From NCBI RefSeq assembly GCF_009914755.1, contig NC_060934.1: a stretch of DNA of 64,000 nt; one strand, 5' to 3'. This DNA comes from the human T2T-CHM13v2.0 reference genome, Homo sapiens. The position numbers and the translations under genes were made by a program. Numbering within the stretch: the first letter of the stretch is position 1; every line of letters begins with the position of its first letter. The notes below the pieces were generated by a model. That model made no database searches and was not told the DNA's origin. It saw only the letters and a list, made by a program, of their open reading frames with translations. Below are positions 57,600-64,000 of this stretch, in pieces.

Positions 57600-58970
57600 A
57601 ATTATTATAAAGTGAAAGTCTGTGAAACCACTAGCCAGGTCAGGAAATTGAGCACCGCCAGCACCTCAGTCTCCCTGCCCATCGTGTGCAAGCCTTTTTC
57701 TGGGCACAGCTTCTCCTGTACCCTAGAGCTAACCATTACATTTTCAGTAATAATTTCATTGCATTTCTTTGTACTTTTAGCACCCCAGTATGCATCCTTA
57801 GACAATATAATTCAATTTTACTCTCCTTTGATCTTTATATAAATGAAACCATGCAGTAAAATTTATTTTGCTTTTGGCTTCTTTTGTTCAATATAATATT
57901 TTTCTATTCAACTATAGTATTGCATATAGTTGGTGTTCATAGCCTTTACTACTCTATAGTATTATATTGTATACTATAATTTATCGATTTTACTCTGACA
58001 GACATTTGAATTGTTTTCCAGCTTCTATTATGAAAAATGCTTGTATATATGACATGGTGCACATGACCATTCACTTTTGTGTCCTGGGTCATGAAGAATG
58101 CAAATATTCCCCCTTCCTAGGCAATTCCAAATGGTTTTTCAAAGTGGTTGTACCAACTTACACATCCACTGGCAGCGTATGGAAACTCTCATTGCTGTAA
58201 CTCAGCACCAATACTTGGTGTTGTCAGACTTGGTAATTAGAGTCTATCTATTCTATCTATCTGATGAATGTGTGGAAGTATCTTGTGAAGGTTTTAATTT
58301 GTATTTCTCTGATTGTTAATGATGCTGGGCACTTTTTCAAAACTTTATTGGCCATTTGGGTTTCTTTCTTTTGTAATGTACCTGATCAAATCTTTTGCCC
58401 ACTTTTTTACGGATTGTCTATTTTCTTATTCATTTTAGAGGCTCTCTGTATATTCTGGATATGAATCATTTGTGGCTCTATGTATTGCAAAAAACCTTTT
58501 CTTGGGCACGGAGCTGCCTTTTTACTTAAAAAAAGTCTTGATCAATGAGTTCTTAATGTAAATTTAATGTAATAAAATTTATCAATCATTTTCTTTATGG
58601 TTGGCATTTCTTATAATGTGTTCAGAAAATTTCTCCTACTCTGAGGTCTAGAATATCTATATTTATATTTATACATATGATTTATATTCTAAATCCTTTG
58701 TGTTTTGCCTTTCATATTTAGGTCAATGATACAAGAATTTATTTTTGGTATATGTACAAATATATTAGGTAGGGGTCCAATTTCATTTTTTTTCTTACAG
58801 GAATACCCAATTATCACAGCACCATTTATTTAAAAGATTCCTTTTCCTATGTTCTGCACTTCCACTTTGCCATAAATCCCAGTTTATGGGTTTGTTTCTA
58901 GACTCTATCTACTGATTGGTCATTTTGTTATTCCTGTACCTAGGTCATAGTGTCTTAATCTCTTAATTTC
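57600..58970 (-). mobile_element. Old L1ME-like 3' fragment
   Basis: ttttcaaagtggttgtaccaacttacac...ttattggccatttggg...tgtatattctggatat. Confidence 0.7.
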
Positions 58971-58989
58971 TATAACCTTAAGATTGAAT

Positions 58990-61900
58990 GTCTGCTTCCA
59001 GGAAGATGGAGAAAATATACTTTTTTATATTCCTCCTCAGTACAACTAAAAACTCTGAACGTTAGGTGTAAAACAAACATAAGAAGACTTTGAAAGATGG
59101 ACAGAAGAAGGCAGGCAGTTTGGGGGCTTTGGAATCTGAAGAAAGACACAACACGGGGTGAATTCCGTGAGTTTGCCTTCTGGCTCATATGTCCCGGATT
59201 AGCAGCTGAAGAAGCTAGCAACCTGGAAGCAGCCAAGTGTATAGATAACAAAAGCCCCCTAAAAGCCACCTCTTTCTAGCCAAAGTACTAGGAAAGGTAC
59301 CTAGAAAGACTAAAAGTTTTTAGCCAATAGCTGCTTTACTTTAGCCAAACACCACAGGAAAAACTCACACCTGCAAAGACCAAGTGGCAAGCCTAGACTT
59401 ACACCTTTTTAAGGCCATAACAAGCCATCCAGAACCCCTGCTGGAATGGTGTTAGAGGCTGAATAGGAAGTCAGTACCTTAGTCTTCCTTATCTGGTAAT
59501 GTATCTCTCCCCCACCATGATGTCAGTGGAGACAATCTGGGGAATAGGAAACCCCATACCCCTTAGCAGTAATGAGGAGCACTCCCTCCCCATAACTTGG
59601 GTGTCTATGAGGCTGAGTGGGAAACCTTGGCTTCTACCTCCACAGATCATGAATGATGCAGTGCCTCTCCTTTCCCTGATGGAGCACTGACAGAAAAAGC
59701 TAGCTAAAACAGAAAGTTTAATAAGAGCCAGAGTCTCATAATATAATGCAAAAAATCCAGATTTTATTAGAAAATCACTTGTCAAAACTAAGAACTAGGA
59801 AGGCATCAAATTGAATGAAAAAGACATTAGTAGATGGCAACACTGAAAGACAGAGGTGTTAGAATTATCTGACAAAGATTTTAAAGCAACCAAAATATAA
59901 ATGTTTTATTGGGCAATTATGAACACGCTTGAAGTAGTGACAAAATAGAAAGCCTCAACAATAGAGTAGAAGACATAAAAAAGAACTAATGGAAAGGAGA
60001 AATGGAAAAGTATAATAATTCAAATAAAAGGCTGAGCAGATGGGCTCAACAGCAGAATGGAATCAGTGAGCTGGAAGATATTTAATAGAACAATACAAAT
60101 TGCCCAGTCTGAACAAATAGGCAGAAAATAGACTAAAACCAAACAAACAAACAGGAAAACCCAGAGCCTCAGGGACCTGTAGGACTACAACAAAAGATTT
60201 AACATTTGTGTCACTGAAGACACAGAAGGAGAGGAGGAGAGTGAGGCTAAAAAGTAGTCAAATAAATAATGGCTAAAAACTTTCCAAATTTGGCAACAGA
60301 TATAAGTCTACTGATTCAAGAACAGAGTGAATCCCAAATAGGAAAATTCCAAGGAAATCCATCTGAAACACATCATAATTAAACTTCTGAAAAATCAAAG
60401 ACAAAGAAAATACCTTGAAAGCAGCCAAGGGAAAAAATGACACCTTATCCTTAGGGGAAAACAATTCAAATAACAGCAGATTTTTCATTAGATACCATGG
60501 AGGCTAGAGGGAAATGGTACAATATTTTTCAGGTGTTGAAAGAAAGAACTGTCAACACTAGTGAAAATATCTAGTCAACACTAGAACTCTCTCTCTAGTG
60601 AAAATATTCTTCGTGAATGCAGAGTATATCAAGACAATCACAGATGAAAGAAAACGAAAGTAATTTGTTACCAGACCTACCCTAAAACAAAAAGGCTAGA
60701 GGAAGTTCTCCAAATAGAAAGGAAACAATATAAGAAAGAAACTTAGAATAGTAGGAAAGAAAAAAATAACATGGTAAGCAAAAATATGAGGAAGTACAAT
60801 AAACTTTCCTTTTACTTTTGAATTTTATAAATTATATTTGTCTGTTAAAGCAAAAATTATAACACTGATGTGGCTCAAAACACATGTAGAGAGAATCTTT
60901 CAGTCAATTACAGTATAACGGGGCGAGTAAAGGAACATAAAGGGAAGCAGGTTCTTACATTTCACCCAAATGAATAAAATGTTGACCCCAGTGGACTGTG
61001 ATAAGTTGTACATATATTATATCCAGAGTAACTACTAAATAAGCTATACAAAGAGATATACATAATAAAATACTATCGATAAATCAAAATGGAATTTTAA
61101 AAAGTGTTCAAGTAACCCACAGGATTACAGGAATGAAAAAAAACAAAAACAAAAACAGAGAAATGACAAACAGAACAAACAGAAACAAAAAATAAATTGG
61201 CAATTTAAGCCCTAATGTGTCACTAATTACATTAAATGTAATGGTCTAAATAATCCAAATAAAAGGCAGTCTGGCAGAGTGGATTAAAAACATGATCCAC
61301 CTATATTCTGTGTATAAGAAATTCTCTTCAAATATAACAATTTAGGCAAGTTGAAAGTAAAATGATGGAAAAAGGTATATTATGCAAACATGAATTAAAG
61401 AAAAGCAGGACTTCAGAGCAAGAAAAATTACCAGAGATGGAAAGAGACATTATGTATGATGAAACAATCAATCCACCAAGAAGACATATCAAAACTAAAT
61501 GTGTACGTACCAAACAACAGAGCTGCAAAACATGTGACGCAAAAACTGGCAGGAGAAATAGACAAATGTATAATTATTGTTAGAGATATCAATATGTCTC
61601 TTTCAACAGTTGATAGAACAATTAGTCAGAAAATCATAAAAAATATACAACACCATCAAACAACAGCATGTAAACAACATTCATAGGCTGGGCATGGCAA
61701 CTCACACTTGTGATCCCAGCACTTTGGGAGGCTGAGGCAAGAGGATTGCTTGAGCCCAGGAGTTCAAGACCAGCCTGTGCAACATAGCAAGAACCCATCT
61801 ATATAAAAAATTTTAAAAATTAGCTGGGCACATACCTGTAGTCCCAGCTACTTGGGAAGCTAAGGCAGGAGGTCAAGGCTGCAGAGAGCTGTGATTACGC

Positions 61901-62620
61901 CACTGCACTCCAGCCTTGATGACAGAGCCAGAACCTGTCACAAAAAAAAAAAAAAGAAAAGAAAAGTAAAGAAAAAGAAAGATTTATGGAACATTCCATC
62001 CAAAACCAGCAGAATGGATATTCTTTTCAACCTTCTATGAAACATTCATCAAGATAGACCATATCCTGGGCCCTAGAACAAACCTCAACAAACTTAAAAG
62101 AATTGAACTCATACAGAGTGTGTTCTCTGACCACAATGTAATTACTAGAACCAATAATGGAAAGATAACAGGAAATCTCCAACACTTGTAGACTAAATGA
62201 TCCTTTAACATAATCCATGGACCAAAGGGGAAGTAGCAAAAGAAATTTAAAAATACATATAACTAAATGAAAATGAAAATACACGTCAAAATGTGTGGGG
62301 CACAGCTAAAAGTGCTAACAGGGAAATTTATAGCACTAAATGTTTACATTGAAACATCTCAAATCAATAATCTAAACTCCCGACTCAAGAACTTAGAAAC
62401 AGAAGAACAAAATAAACCCAAAGCAAACAGAAGGAAGGAAATAATAAAGATAAGAGCAGAAATCAATGAAATTGAAAACAGAAAAATAGAAACAGAAGAC
62501 TCAGTGAAGCAGCGCTGGTTCTTTGAAAAGATCAGTCAATAAGATTGATAAACCTCTAGCAAAAGTGAAAGACACAAGATAGAAGACACAAGTACCAATA
62601 TCCGGAATGACACAGGGATA
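58990..62620 (+). mobile_element. Old L1M (L1MD-like) 5'UTR, ORF1 and ORF2 endonuclease remnants
   Basis: cttccaggaagatgg start; GKFIALNVYI...RRKEIIKIRAEINEIENRK and IHQEDISKLNVYVPNNRA remnants. Confidence 0.8.
61686..61980 (+). mobile_element. Alu (AluJ-like) with internal deletions
   Basis: Dimer consensus, A-tail. Confidence 0.85.
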
Positions 62621-63162
62621 TCAGTGCCTGCCCTGTAGCCATGTGACTCGTTCTTCACAATGGAATGTGAGGGAAGTAATATGTGCTACACCTACAATAC
62701 TTTTCTTTAAAAGAAATCACTAGCCCTCATTTCTTCTGTCTCACCTTTCCATGAGCTGCATATGGCGAAGAAGTTGGTGAGGCAGTTTTGACGACGCAAA
62801 TAAGGGTGGCATCCTAGGGTGTAGGGGAGCAATAAGCTAGGAAGAGTGGATGTCCTTGGCTGGCCTTGTGAAGCAGAGCTGCCCATCTACTTGATTGAGT
62901 CACTGTATATTTTTTTTGTTCCAGCAGCATAGCCTGTACTCAAGCTAATATATTACACCTAGGTGGGTTTATGTCTTAGGGGACTTACATACTTACATAT
63001 AACCAAGATATTGTGGGGCCACTCCAGTCTTCTGACTATGTAAGGTGTTTTCTGAGGCCTCCATCAATCCTCTGGTCCCCCATCATCTGTCCATGGATGA
63101 GGGCCATCACTGAACCACCCTTCATACCTGTCTACCTGACCCTTTCAAGTCCAGCAATTTTC

Positions 63163-63164
<2 letters not shown>

Positions 63165-63215
<51 letters not shown>
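63165..63215. repeat. (ACT)17 trinucleotide microsatellite
   Basis: Read directly from the sequence. Confidence 0.95.
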
Positions 63216-63216
<1 letters not shown>

Positions 63217-64000
63217 ACTACTCCCTTGTCATTGCTGGAGCACAAGAATCCTTCCACCACACCTCAGACACAATGGACCCAAGGATTTCCACAAGGCCAT
63301 ATAAGGCCCTACCTGTCATACTCACTATCTGGCCATTCCCTTTCCCAAGCCTCATGCCCACCTTTGAGATCCAGCACACAACACCTATGCTCCCATCATT
63401 TCCTCCTTTCCCAGTGTTTTCTCTGAAGAGGCCCCTGTCATACTGTCTTCCATGGCCACAGGCCTAAGGAGGCACCAACAGTGGGCACTGGCAAGCTAGT
63501 GCTGCCTTTCTCCCACACCATTCTCTGAGTAATAAACACAGGCATAGTGTCTGCCAGAGTAGGGGAAAGAGACAGGGGGAAATAGCAGGAGAAAGAGATA
63601 GATAGATTAATATATTTAAAATGACATCACCATTATCATCATGCCATTCTCTTTTGAGGCAGAAACAGTTGTTCCCACCTGCAGAGTCAGAGAACAGGCC
63701 AGGACACCTGACTTAAAAATTATGACCTCTGCTATGAACAGAAAACCAAAAGCACATTTTTATTGACCACATGTTGGGGTTAAGGCATGACCCAATGCCC
63801 AATCTTGTGCTGATGGCACTGGGGAAGGTGGGGGCACAATTGTAAAGAGGCTGCAGAGCTGAGATGAACTCAGGGGAGTCTGTTTGGTGGATGCAAAAGC
63901 CTGGAATGCAGAGCCCGGGGACCTGCCTTCATTTGAACGCTGGCTCTGTCACTGACCTTGGGCTCATCATCTACCTTGTCTCTGAGCCTCAATTTCACCT

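Noticed and set aside
63013-63426. 137-aa ORF with poly-Leu resembling a membrane or signal peptide
   Set aside because: The Leu run is the (CTA)n microsatellite and the start is non-ATG

Overview
Human (primate) genomic DNA holding the neurogenin-3 locus (NEUROG3, which maps to chr10q22.1). The only supported protein-coding gene is NEUROG3 on the minus strand: non-coding exon 1, a 165-nt intron ending one base before the ATG, a 214-aa bHLH CDS at 8397-9041, and AATAAA at 7500-7505. It lies in a roughly 12.7-kb CpG-rich, transposon-poor domain with promoter and enhancer motif clusters and a strong REST/RE1 site downstream. The rest is mostly layered interspersed repeats (Alu, L1, MaLR/ERVL/ERV1 LTRs, L2, MIR) and microsatellites. 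It also holds a ~6.6-kb nuclear mitochondrial insertion (NUMT, ~25903-32495, reversed) running from the tRNA-Leu 3' end and ND1 through to ATP6, interrupted by three Alus. The NUMT keeps ancestral, non-human-like COX1/COX2 sequence. The most unexpected structure is a perfect 105-bp direct duplicate (40704-40808 = 43788-43892) inside very old L1 sequence, which looks like a recent deletion with a templated insertion. I find no evidence of a new gene system or CRISPR-type array. Repeat subfamily names come from recalled consensus sequences and their boundaries are approximate.
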